Assembly: GCA_964035545.1 (NCBI GenBank)
Contig: OZ037767.1
Location: forward strand, 19,298,628-19,362,627
Reading direction: 5' to 3'
DNA: 64,000 nt
DNA from: Bugula neritina
Taxonomy: Eukaryota > Animalia > Bryozoa
The position numbers and the translations under genes are program-made. Of the stretch, positions 1 through 12,500 are shown in pieces (the stretch's first letter is position 1; the number at the start of each line of letters is the position of its first letter). Below the pieces are notes generated by a model, which was not told the DNA's origin, searched no databases, and saw nothing but the letters and a program-made list of their open reading frames with translations.

Positions 1-1
1 T

Positions 2-1609
2 ATCACAGTCAAGATACAGACTGATCACAAGCCCTTGATCCCATTACTGAATGAAATTGAACTGGATAAACTGACTGTTCGCATTCAGCGTTTCAGGATG
101 AGGCTTATGAGGTTTGCGTATGTTGTTGAACACATTGCTGGTAAGGATAATGTGCTTGCTGATGCATTATCCCGCTCTCAGGCTTCGCCCAGTGTAGATG
201 AAGTCGCTTTTGTGGAGGAGGTAGAGTTGGCCGTGAAAGAGGGTCATAAGTTGTTTGCTTCTAGTCAGAGGCTCGTGCAGTTGGCAAAGCTGCAAAGAGC
301 TGATGAAGTCTTGGCCCAAGTTATTAAGTTTGTTGAGACCTCATGGCCGGAGTACCTTACCAATCAGGATATACTTCTTCGCCCTTATTTTGAGTCAAGA
401 TCGTTGATTTCTATTCAAGATGGGTTGTTGGCGCTTGGGGACCGCATTGTTAGCCCACAGGTTGAGAGATTGGAAGTTCTTCGGACCATTCATCAAGGTC
501 ATTTAGGAGTGACCAAGTGTCGTGCTCGGGCCAGGCAATATGTTTGGTGGCCGGGTATATCTCAGCAGATCGCTGACATGGTACGCCAGTGTAACACCTG
601 CAGAATGCATGCCAACGTTGTTGTAGAGCCATTGATGGTGGCTGAGTTTCCTCAGCGTCCTTGGGAGAAGTTAGGTAGTGATTTATTTTTTGTTCACGAT
701 CGGTGGTATCTCTTAGTAGTAGACTATTATTCTAGGTTTGTCGAGGTTGCTTTGTTAGCTGAACTCACCAGTAAGGAAGTTATTAGCCATATGCGGAGTA
801 TCTTTGCACGCCATGGTGTTCCAGATGTGTTGGTTTCAGACAATGGCCCCCAGTACGCCAGTCATGAGTTTAAGTTGTTTGTTTCTTCTTACCTGTTTGC
901 CCATGTCACTAGTTCACCAAAGCATCCTCAGGCTAATGGAGAGGCTGAGAGGGCAGTCCAAACAGTTAAGTCCCTGCTCAAGAAAGAGACAGATCCGTAC
1001 CTTGCACTGTTGGCCTATCGATCTTCTCCTCTGGAGAATGGCTTGTCTCCTGCTGAGCTGTTGATGGGCCGAAAGCTGAAGACCACTGTTCCTGCACTCC
1101 CTAAGCTGTTAATCCCTCAGCCTGTAGAGAGATTGGCAGTTCAGGAGAAAGAAGAGTTGAAGCGCAGTCAAGTGAAAGAGAATTTTGTCAGGGTGAGAAT
1201 TAGAGACTTGAACAGGGACGCAGTAGTTATCCAACAGTGCGCACCGAGATCATACACTGTTCAAGACACAGGTGGTACTGAGTTAAGACGCAACCGTAGA
1301 AGTCTCACACCAACTCACTCGTCACCCGTTATGAGTCTAGCAAGTGATCTAGCTGTTCAGTTCAAGGACCAACCAATTCATAGTAGTCCCAGACAGACCA
1401 CTGTATTTGGGGGTCAAGCCCAACAATCCCCATCAGATAGTAGGTTGGATGTTCAGCCCCGAGAAAGGCCAGTTCAGGTTAGCCCCCACCAAGCATTCGT
1501 TCCTCTAGATAGGGCCAAACAGACCCACTCAGTTTCTAGCTCTGCTGTTCGTCTGTCCAAAACTAGGTCTGGCCGCGAAGTCCGCGCTCCGCTAAAACTT
1601 GACCTCTAG
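2..1609 (+). CDS. Ty3/Gypsy pol 3' part (RNase H end plus integrase), truncated by the window start
   Basis: The frame is open from base 2. It has RNase H motifs TDHKPL and HIAGKDNVLADALSR, an integrase zinc finger (HQGH...CNTC), a DDE core (GSDLF, SDNGPQY, NGEAERAV) and a C-terminal TRSGR.VR.P..L motif. Confidence 0.93.
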   Translation: MTVKIQTDHKPLIPLLNEIELDKLTVRIQRFRMRLMRFAYVVEHIAGKDNVLADALSRSQASPSVDEVAFVEEVELAVKEGHKLFASSQRLVQLAKLQRADEVLAQVIKFVETSWPEYLTNQDILLRPYFESRSLISIQDGLLALGDRIVSPQVERLEVLRTIHQGHLGVTKCRARARQYVWWPGISQQIADMVRQCNTCRMHANVVVEPLMVAEFPQRPWEKLGSDLFFVHDRWYLLVVDYYSRFVEVALLAELTSKEVISHMRSIFARHGVPDVLVSDNGPQYASHEFKLFVSSYLFAHVTSSPKHPQANGEAERAVQTVKSLLKKETDPYLALLAYRSSPLENGLSPAELLMGRKLKTTVPALPKLLIPQPVERLAVQEKEELKRSQVKENFVRVRIRDLNRDAVVIQQCAPRSYTVQDTGGTELRRNRRSLTPTHSSPVMSLASDLAVQFKDQPIHSSPRQTTVFGGQAQQSPSDSRLDVQPRERPVQVSPHQAFVPLDRAKQTHSVSSSAVRLSKTRSGREVRAPLKLDL

Positions 1610-1804
1610 CCTCCTGTCTCATGCCTTGTTATATTCTGGTATCATTTTCTGATATTATTTTCTGGTATTATGTTCTCGTAATGGTTAACATGTTTGTATT
1701 TTTATGCTTATCAGCCTGTTAATACTTGCTAAATTCATCTATACGCTTTGTATCACTTTTTGTATATTACGCATTTCAGTTGTGTTTGTTTTTAGAAAGA
1801 GAGG

Positions 1805-1923
1805 TGTTGTATTATACTCGAAACCGCACATGCGGAATTACTTTACTGTTTGTTTTATTCGTATGCATTGTTATAGTACGTATGTTTATCGCTAAAATAC
1901 ATCATCTTGGTATTAACACAACA
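1805..1923 (+). mobile_element. Probable 3' LTR (119 bp) of the first Gypsy element
   Basis: It follows the purine tract AGAAAGAGAGG (ending at 1804), starts TGTTGT and ends ACAACA (6-bp inverted termini). The partner LTR lies outside the window. Confidence 0.65.
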
Positions 1924-2343
1924 GAAACAGTTACAAGTGTCTGTCAGTATCAGTAACACATTCGCGATTCACTGTCAGTTTCACATTGTTATTGTGATAG
2001 TAAAACTGAATAGAATAGTGAATGTGATAGTCAGTATGATATTGATAGTGATGCTCAATTCTCATACTCATACACTTAGTCTCACAGTCATACTCATACT
2101 GATACTCAGAGTCATAGTGATACTCATACTGATACTGATAGTAAATTGCACTGGTTGGTGTATTAAAAATGTCAAAAACCTGGATCATTAAATTTGTTTA
2201 CGTAGTATATTATATCAATAATAAATTATCATTATTAATATTCAATTTCATATTGATAATAAGTATAATTAATAAGTATAAATATTAAGTATAACCGTGC
2301 GCTACTTTAGGATTAGAAGAACTGGGAGATAAGAACTGTTCTC

Positions 2344-2474
2344 TAAGCAGCTTTTAGTTGGGGGTGAATTAGCGCAGTAGTTCAGAATTTTCGAGTAAGG
2401 AGTTGAGGGCCCCAACTCCAAACTTGAAAACTTCAGACTACTGCACTCATTTAACCCCAACTCAAAGCTGCTTA
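2344..2474. repeat. 131-bp imperfect palindrome (foldback)
   Basis: Termini TAAGCAGCTTT...AAAGCTGCTTA. The arms pair throughout, centred on GGAGTTGAGGGCCCCAACTCC. Confidence 0.85.
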
Positions 2475-3599
2475 CAAAATTATTTGAGAGATGATGGAAA
2501 ATGGGTGATAGCTAGAAAATCTACTGTTTTAAGATGACTGTTTTGCGTGGGTCGTTAACTAACGCACGTTAGTTAATTTACGAGTTCTTATTATTCGTAG
2601 CGAGACCAATTCAAACGGTAGCATCCACATATCCGCCCAAGGCATTTTGCAGAATAAAAATTTAAATAATAAATGTTTGTGACTACTGACAATCACACTC
2701 ACTGTGACTGTCAGAGTAAGTAGCGAAACTGAAGCGAATGGGCAGGTCGGTGGATCGTAACTGTAATGCTAATAAAAATATCCTAATACACCCTATCAGT
2801 AGCTCTCACTTAACACTAACAGGCGCAGGATCACGGGTGTGGGGGGTTAGCGTTATCGGTTACTGTTGCACTTACTGTTACTGTTAGTGTTACACTTAAT
2901 TTTACTCTTAGTGACTTACTCTTACTCTTAGTGACTTACTGTTACTGTTAGTGTTGCTGTTAGACTTACTTTTTCCCGGATGAATTGAATTTGATAATTA
3001 TAATGATAATGAAATCGAATAATCATATTTCATAATGTCTAATGATATTATTATTAATCATATTGAAAGTGATATTGATATAAAAATATTTTAGTTTTTG
3101 ATTTTAAATTTTATTTCAATGATTAAGGGATTTATCATAGGAATTCTTTTTGTCACTATCATTGTAGCAATACGAATTAATTTATTATATAAATATGAGA
3201 CTGAGTATCTAAAAGTAAAACTAAAAGTAATTCTATAGTAGAGGATGTGCTAAAATGACGATAGGATGTGACCCATGTGTATATCAATCTGATAATAACT
3301 CACCTCATAACTCACTCATAACTCATAATAATGAGAACACTGTGCTAGTACTAGTAGTACTAGTAGTAACCAATGACCCAAATTTTATGAATGTCCTTTG
3401 CGTTGCTTTTGTTTGGACTAAACTTTATCATATGTTGAAATAAATCTATTTTAGTGTCTAGCTTAGTTAAGTTTTTGGCTGATATTCATAAAATTTTAGC
3501 AAATAACTAAGCTAAGTTTGTGTTATGACTTATGAGATAGTATACTCTGATCTCTCATTCACCGGGGAAGAAAATTGTTGTAAAACTACTAGGTCTGTG

Positions 3600-4140
3600 A
3601 GAATGCAAGATTTATATTTAATGGTTCAAAGCGTCTCATTTTATTCTGAGTTGATTTGGGATCTTTTTGCCAACTCGCAATAGTTATGAGACTGCTATCA
3701 CCAAGTGTATATGGATAGAGAGGCTTTAGTTTTCCCAAATGCCACCACTTGATCCTCTTCAGTGTAAAAGGGTATTTTTCGTTAAAGTGACCAACTATAA
3801 AGTGAGTCTAGCTCTCTGAAAGGCTTGTCTTAGTCAACCTCAACATATATGAGTGTGTCATTGGCATACATACTGACTTTGCACGTGGCAAAATGAAAAC
3901 AAGCATTGATGTAGAAAATGTCGGCCCGAGGACTCACCTTTTAGGTACACCAGATGTTACACCTAGCTCAGGTCAATTCCATCGTTTTGATCATGAAAAA
4001 TTTGCTTCTGTCAGTCAAAAGACTCTGTGTTTATTTGGCACTAAATGGGTTAATAATTTGTTTTATTTTCTCCATGGTTAGTACTTGAAAAACTTCATCA
4101 GAAACCTTCTTGAAATCTAAGATTACTGCATGAGTCGTTG
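3600..4140 (-). mobile_element. Degraded non-LTR (LINE, CR1/L2-like) reverse transcriptase fragment
   Basis: Minus-strand remnants AVILDFKK (~4107-4130), VTSGVPKR*VLGPT (~3920-3960) and VSMYANDTLIY (~3846-3878) match the RT motifs LDF.KAFD, GVPQGSVLGP and YADD in the correct order. Boundaries are approximate. Confidence 0.7.
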
Positions 4141-4442
4141 ATGGGTTGTGGACTGCCCATGCAAGATCATGAAAAGTTGGAGAAGTGTGTTTAAAGTTGA
4201 AGTTGATAGTGTGTTTTTAAAGAATTAAATGAATATTATAATAACATTAAACATAGTAATTTATAAATTTGATGAAATTTAAGTTTTCAGGCTTGTCCAC
4301 TTATTTCAATTTTTATTTTCAATAATACAAAAATATCAGATTTATATCCCATTATGTTCTTGTGTTCTCCACATAAATTGACTTTGTATCGATGAATTAT
4401 TGTAGGATTGGTAGTCGAGTAAAAGTTTAGCTGTCATACAAG

Positions 4443-7400
4443 ATGTGGTCAAGGGCTACACAGCACACTTTGACGCAGGCAGAACTACAGGCAGCATTAG
4501 CCAAAGCAGAACTGTTGCAGTTAAAATGGAGATCACTCAATGCCTTTGTCACACAGTGCTGGGATCAAGCTTGTAAAGACGTTGAGATCTTGGCATCCAA
4601 ATCAAGTTAGTTTCATAGACTTGGTTCTGTCAAAAAAGATTGTAATTTATTTCAACGCTATATAGATTTGGGTTCTTTTTATGCCTGCATCTACTTAGCA
4701 GTTGGCCTTAATTTTTTCCCAAACAAAGCTAAGATAAATTTTTACACTAAATTGTCTTGAAGATGTTTTTTGTAAATAATAATCTTCATTTTTGTTGTCA
4801 GTAAATGGTGTTTTAGTTTTTCTACTCAGTTTATTATTTGCAGGCAAACAATTATAACACATAATTGTTAGTTTTATTTATCAAATTACAGACGTATGCA
4901 GTAAGAACAACCCACTATATGGTATGCCGTTAGCTGTTAAGGATAATTTCTGCACTCAAGGCGTGAAAACAGCTTGTGCATCAAAAATGTTGGATAATTT
5001 TATTCCGCCCTATACATGTACAGTAGTAGACCGGCTTCAAAACCGTGGTATGATAGTGGTTGGGAAAACCAGCATGGACTCATTTGCTATGGGGTAAGTT
5101 TATTGAAAATGCTTTTTAGATGACCTGTTATCTGAGTTAAATTATAAACTGTTTTACTATCAACATAGAGAGGTTGGATTTACCCACTCAGCATGGAAGT
5201 ATCCTACTTTCTACTAGCTCAGGTGGAATGGATGGGACTAATCTTCCTACCAAGAACCCCTGGACTTGGGCAGCACCCCAATACCAAGGAAAATTCAGCA
5301 AAGAAAGTGACGCTGACTTCAGGATTCCTGGTGGAAGTAGTGGAGGGAGTGCTGTTGCAGTGGCTGCTGATATTGTTTATGGGTAACTATAAAAAAACTG
5401 TTTACTGGTATCTTGTTTATAGATAGCCTTAAGACTTATAACTAGTATATGCCTATAGCGGTTGTGTATATTGATACGAAACTTATAGTTGCACAGTAAG
5501 TGAAGAAACAGCATCCACAAATTGCTTTTTGCTATATTATATAGATATAATACATTTGTGTGTGCATGCGTGTAGGAGTGTGCGTGTGTGTGTGTAGATT
5601 TATATATTGTTATTAACACAATAATTAATTTAGCTGTGGTACAAATTACAATACTGAAATCCGTTACAAGTCTTGCTGTTTAAAATCATAGGTCTACTGA
5701 AACTTCACCAAATCTTTGTGTTCTATACGTTGAACTCATATGCAGACCATTTTTATACAATACACTTTGGGGTTTAAGCCGAATATGTCAGTGATGTGTA
5801 TTTACAGAGCTCTTGGCTCGGATACGGGTGGGTCTGTACGCATCCCCGCAGCTTATTGTGGTGTCATTGGACTGAAACCGACTACTGGTCTACTCTCTCG
5901 TCATGGTCTCATACCTCTGGTCAACAGTCTGGACTGTCCGGGAATTATTACCAAAACTGTGGAGCAATGCACTAACATACTCAGTGAGTAGCGACATTGT
6001 GAGCAATGTGTTTTCTTTGGTAGTAACTAGCGTGTTTCATATTGTAAATTGTAGAACCTCAATGGCGCAGTCACTGCAGTGTCTTTTCTACTCTATTATG
6101 TGTGTGCTTCATTACACTGTAAATATAGCTGTGCTTTACATGGAAGAGTGTTTGTAAACTTCGTCAACCATGAGTTTCAAATTTTTCTGAGTGAAAATTT
6201 TAGCAAAGATATTACCATTTAATATTACAGATGCTGTCGCGGGTCACGACCCTTTAGATTCCACCACATATCACAGCAGGCCTTTCAAGCCAGTTCAACT
6301 TCACCACCGGGATAGTATTAGTGGTCTGAAAATTGGAATTCCCCAGGTAGGCTTTATCTGTTCCTCTGTCGATTACCCTATCACATGTACGGTGTGTTTA
6401 AGATGGGAGTCAAAGGTGGGAAACTGCTGATAAGATGTCTACCTTTGAGTTTGTAAGGTCTAATTATTGTATTAGTCGTCTGTTGTTACATGGAGAGAGT
6501 TCAGATTTTGTTTCTGTAGTTTCCGTATAAATCTAGTTTGAAAACCTTTACCACTCAGTCTTTTTTTCACCTGTGCGACTTTAGGAATACCTGACACCTG
6601 ACACATCACAAGAAGTCATACAAGTCTGGCAGGAAGTTGCTGATAAACTTGAAAGCGCCGGCGCTAGTGTAGAAAGAATCTCCCTTCCCCACACTCAGTA
6701 TTCTAGAGCCTGCTACTCCGTCTTAAACTACTGTGAAGTTGCATCCAACATGGCCAGATTCGACGGCATAGAGTATGGTGAGTCTTCTTTATTCTCACTA
6801 ATAGAGACTTGCACACAGACAATGTTTAGCCAATCAAATTTTGTATTATGTAATTAGGTCACAGAGCAGCCGCGGATGAATCTACGGAGGCCCTCTATGC
6901 ACAAACACGACATGAGGCATTCAATGATGTGGTGAGGGGGAGAATATTTGCTGGCAACTATTTTCTCCTGAAAAGGTGAGTTAAATCTTCCTTATGCTCT
7001 TCTGCTCTCCTTCATCATACTAACCTGTGCTACTCTCTCAGTGTTGCTTTTAGTTCAAACTTTTTCAGATCTATTCTCATCTATTTAATTTTATTGTTTA
7101 TGCTTCTGTTTTCCTTTATGTGCTGAGGTTGTGGAATGGACTTGTTATATATTGTTGCATCTCCAGATTTCTTATGCTTTTTCTTCTTTTTTATCTTTTT
7201 CTCAGTTACTCTTCAAAACTCATTCCATCTTCCACCTTTAAATATACTTTCTATTATTAATAATAGCTAAATTTTTTGTTTTAGACTACTTACATCTATT
7301 ACACTACTTACATCTATTATACTACTTACATCTATTATACTACTTACATCTATTACATTACTTACTTTTGTTGAACTGCTTACTCTGTTTTGCTTGTAGT

Positions 7401-8532
7401 AACTATGAGAAGTTTTATCTCCAAGCAGCCAAGCTGCGACGACTCATATACCAAGACTTTGAGAAAGCTTTCAGTACAGTTGATGTGCTCCTCACTCCAG
7501 TGGCATTGGGAGTTGCCCCACTCCATTCTAGTTTTTCTAGGCTGGAAAACCGTGCACAGTGTGCTCAACAAGATGTCTTCACGCAGCCAAGCAATCTGGC
7601 AGGTTTGGTCTCACATGTACATAGTATACTTGCTACAGCTTACACAGAGTACTTATACTATGTTCAGGGGCCATTATAGGCAAAGTGTTGGGGGAAAAGT
7701 TACTAATATTTCTTAATAATAATAGAAAAACAAAACAGTTGATTAACAAAGCTGTTAATTGTCTGTCTGATTCATGTGCAAATCCTAGCATGATAGTTAA
7801 GCTTTTTTCCCAAAGTATTCAGTCTAATTTTTTGCGTAGTTGAATACATCATTTGTTTTTGTAGAGTTGAAAGTAGGTGCATTGCAATTTCATTCTGTAC
7901 AATATTAGTTAATATCAGTTGGCAGAAAGATTAAAATTTTAGTTTGCTGGAATATTAGTCATTTCTCTTAGCAATGTTTAAATAAAACCATCCAGTCAGC
8001 AACCCCTATGCACATTTATTGACAGAAAAATACTACGTTGCAAAGAAAAATAAATGAAAAGACAACTCTCACCAATAACAATAAATTTGTGTTCACTGTG
8101 TCAAGGTTCCACCACAATAATAGACCTGATAGACATTTAACTTTCTATTGATGTGCATATTCTCCTATATCACCTCATAATTATCGAGCAAAATACAATA
8201 TACCAACAAAAATTAAATTAATTGTGGGTGGTCCCACAATTACGATCATGACTGCTTGTGTGTATCTTTATATTATACTGTATGGATATATGTATTTATA
8301 AATATATATGTGTGTGATGCAGATTATTCTATACGTTGTATAGCCTATTCTCTCTGTTTCAGGTGTACCAGCTGTTTCAGTGCCCATAAAACTGTCTCAA
8401 CACAATCTTCCCATCAGCCTTCAACTAATCACTAGCAGATTCAATGAGCAGACGTTGCTAAATACTGCACTCTTTCTGGAATCCATGTGTGACTTTCCTA
8501 ATCTTTCTCATTATGTTCAATGTGATCCATAA
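4443..8532 (+). CDS. QRSL1: Mitochondrial glutamyl-tRNA(Gln) amidotransferase subunit A (amidase family), about 9 exons
   Basis: Spliced exons give [74 protein letters not shown] and [15 protein letters not shown] at 4443, TAA at 8530-8532. Confidence 0.93.
7284..7345. repeat. Short intronic tandem repeat (ACTACTTACATCTATTA-like unit, about 4 copies)
   Basis: Visible direct repeats upstream of the QRSL1 acceptor at ~7399. Confidence 0.85.
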
Positions 8533-9539
8533 TACAACTTATATAATCTGTCAGGATTTGGGTCATTTGTACAGCATTTCACATATTCTATTCTTTTTTT
8601 AAATAAATACTATGTTTTATTGTAATATGTTTTACAGTGTCAAATAATGTATTTATAGCTATTAGATATAAAATTAAAATTTTTAAAAGTTGTATCTGAT
8701 TATATTTGTGGATAAAGACTTTTAAAGTAGACTAAAGGCTTGTTTCCTCCTTTGCCACAATGGAAAATATAATAAATGTAAATAGCCTTCCTGTCAGGAA
8801 ATCATGTAATAATTGCTTTGAAAAACTACATGTTTGGCCAAGTCAATTACAGTTTTAGCTGATTTAGAAATAAGTTGTTCAAGTTTTAATTGGTAACTGA
8901 TTATAAAAATTAACTAAAAGGTCAACTTTTTCAGTCACTGAGTAATAATTCTGTTTCACGCTTGCACTCTAGCATCATCTCATTTTTGAAGATCGACTTC
9001 TCATTACTGTAGCCTATAAAATTTAGAAGTGCAGTGCTTGTGAGTGCTCTGATCACTGAACTGGAAAAGATAATAATATTTTGAGTTCATGCAACTGCTC
9101 GCGTGACTCAACTAGCTGCAAATAAACATTGTAAATGTTGCGTTTCATTGTTTCTTTAGCTGATATACTAATTAAACAGCAAAGGTTATCAAATGCTTGG
9201 CGATATCACGCACATTTTAATAATTTTATATGCACTAAGTCCCTTATTTTTGTTCTGCAAAGCTATGCCACTACGTTTTAGCCCGTACGTTAGAATACAG
9301 ATAAATATAGTCTTTAGTATGTTTATGTGCGAATGATTTTAAGACCGTGAAAGAGGCATAGAACATCAAATCCAACATAAGAACACAGATGGTATCCGGT
9401 TGTCCCTCCCATTTCCATCATCGATGCAGAAAGTTCTGTCTTGTAACAATCTCAATTTGTTGGCACAATATTTTAACACTATAGCTTATTATATTGTATT
9501 GTCGGTATATTTGCATAACGGCAGATATAGGTAAACACA

Positions 9540-12500
9540 ATGTCGTATCCGTGCTTGAAAAACAAAGTTGTTCTTATCACAGGTAATTTCATTTTTCAAG
9601 TTAATTAACTTACAGTTACTCTAACTCTAAGTCTAACTCTTACTCTTACTCTTAGTCTATAACATTAAGTTTAACTATAACTATAAGTACAAGTAATAAA
9701 TGTAATTTTACTAAATGAGTAGGTATAATATTTAATAAGCATTTATATTGTTTAAGTTATAATAAAGATTTATGATTATCATGAAATGATATCACTTGGT
9801 AATTATATTTATTATAATATTGATGATTGGGAATATATTAAATTAATTAATTTTCAACTAAATACTAATAATTGAATTTCCTAGTCTAAATTTAAACAAT
9901 CCCAATACTAATAGGCATAGTATTAGTGATAGTGATACTGATAGTCATAGTCATAGTGATAGTGATGATCTTAATCATAATTACCATAAGTTTTAGTCTA
10001 AGCAAAACTATGATCATGATGATGATGCATCATGCATGAACAGTGAACTGAAGCCATTTTACAAATTAAAAGAGCACTCAAAGCAGTTTTCAATCAAAAC
10101 TCACTTTACCTAAATGTAAACTTTGCCCCCATTGAGATTCGAACCCAAAACCTCTGGTCTTTAAGCAGGCAAGCTAACCTTTACACCACAGAGACTTTGG
10201 AATTCCTAACAACACTAAATTCTTCTCCTACTACCTTTAATTGGCTTTGAAGTTCATACAAGCATAAAAATCATATTGGTAACAAGTCCTTGACAAAATA
10301 CAAGCCATGGAGAAAATTTAAAAAATAACTCACCAACGTTACATATAAATTGACATCACGACATTTTAACTAGTGTAATGGGGCGTGGTTTACGTCTCAT
10401 GCGTATCCCCCTGCCAATCAGAGAGTGATTGGCAACTATTGGATGAAGCCAAGCAGAACAATTTATTAGTTAGTTGGCGTATACTTGCCGTGATGTAAAG
10501 TAGCCTTGTGCTAATACTTATAGAGATTTTTACGCCATATTTTACAGTTTTATAATAAAGTCTTACACACAAAAATATCAGTGAATTGCTTGTGACTAGA
10601 TGCAGATTGCTCACTAGAAAGCCCACACAAACATTGTGCTTCGCACAACAGTGGTGGCAGCGGTGGGATTATTCTAGCTGAGACAATGAAGAGACGGAGA
10701 ATATGACAGAGCACACAACGAAGCACCCGGGAGGTAAGCCAGCCAATTTCTTGCATATGGAGGAGGTGTATAGAAGTAAACTGACCGCTCCCACCTTCAC
10801 GGGTGTAGAAGATTTAGAGCAATTCATTGAAGAATTCCACGATGTAGCAAATGTCGCTCAATGGCCTCCACAAGTAGCCCTCGTCAAGCTGCGGGAAGTA
10901 TTGACGGAGCGCGCTAGACCGTTTGGACAAGGACGGAGCGTGGCGGAAATATTCACTACACTACGGAGCCGTTTTGGCACCCCCGCTCTGGAAGCCAGAG
11001 CCCGTCTACAAGTGCTACGCCAGGCGGAAGGCACTCCGCTCCGCGACCACGTTGCCTTAGTGAAGAGGCTGGCGCGGAGCGCGTACAGCGACCTGCCAGA
11101 AGCACACCGACGGAACTTTACTCTCATTGACTTTATGCAATCCCTAAAGGATGTGGGTCTTTGCCATCAACTACAGGCAAAGGGAGTGACCACTCTAGAA
11201 AGTGCCCTACAAGTCGGAGAAGACTACCTCCGGGCCGAACGGTTACATACAGGGAAACCAGAAAGCACACAAGTCACCGCGGAGATAGCCCAATCACTCG
11301 GAGGGAAAATGGGCCAGCTGAGTACCAGGCTGAAACAGATGGCAAAGACTCTTACCAATGCCGGGCCCCCTAACCAAGGACAAAAGGGAAAGACTACCCG
11401 GAGTGAGAGCAACAACCAACCAGGGCCTCCCCGCTCCAGAGACCCCCAACCCAGGAAGAGGCCCCACGAGCAGAAGAGAGAACAACCCCAAGTATCGCAG
11501 AAACCACGACGGACCACCCGCCCTATCGGGCGACAGGAGCCGTTCGTGCTACCACTCACCAACCGCTTTAGCCAGCTACCGGAGACGAAGCTGGCCGGCG
11601 AGGTCCCTCGGGACATCGGAAGGGAACTAAACACCCCGCCGCCGAAGAAGCGGCGCCCACATACCACCAAACGGACACCACGCCGTTTGACCGAGGCTAC
11701 GCATGCTGGGGAAGTAAGGTTGCAGCCACATGGAGAAAGCTACTTCCTGCCCGGGAAGGTAGCTGGCAAGGCCGTCACGTTCTTGCTGGACTCCGGTTGC
11801 AACACGAACCTCCTCAGCAGACGAGTCTTCGATGCCCTCCCTGCCCAGGTGAGGAAGGGGTTAGCTCCCTACACCGGGGAACCTGGCACCCTCGCAGACG
11901 GGTCGTGTATCCCTTTCTACGGTGTTGTAAAGCTGCCTGGTCGCGTCCGCGACCAGGCCATCCAAGAAACATTTATCCTCAGCCAGCTGGAAGAGGATGC
12001 TATCCTGGGGACGCCGTTCTTGAAACGACACCAGTGCCACATGGACTTCCATAAGTCCGCCATACTAATGGCAGGCCGGGAGCTCTCTTGTGTCGACAAG
12101 TTCGGTCGCCCCCTGGTCGGGGGCGTGCAGGTGGTCCGTAACTGTACGGTACCCGGCCGCTCCCGGGCGACCATTCACTGCAGAGTGAATGACCGCCAGC
12201 TCTCTGGATTAAGGGTTGTCGAAGGAACGCACCAGAGAATCCAACTCGCCAGCAGCTTAAATCGGCTGACTGACCGGGGGGAGATCTTGGTGCAGTGCGT
12301 CAACCCCTTTTCAGAGTCGGTGACACTACCGTTTGGATCCCTATTGGGCCGTTTCCACACGGTCCAAGAGGGAGATATAGGACCGTCGCTGGGCGAAGCG
12401 ACGGAGGGTCCCCAAGAGCGCCCTCTGTACGGCGGGGGACCGTCCCGGAACACGTCCAAGAACTATACAACTCAGCCTGTGAAGGCTGTGCGGGCAACAA

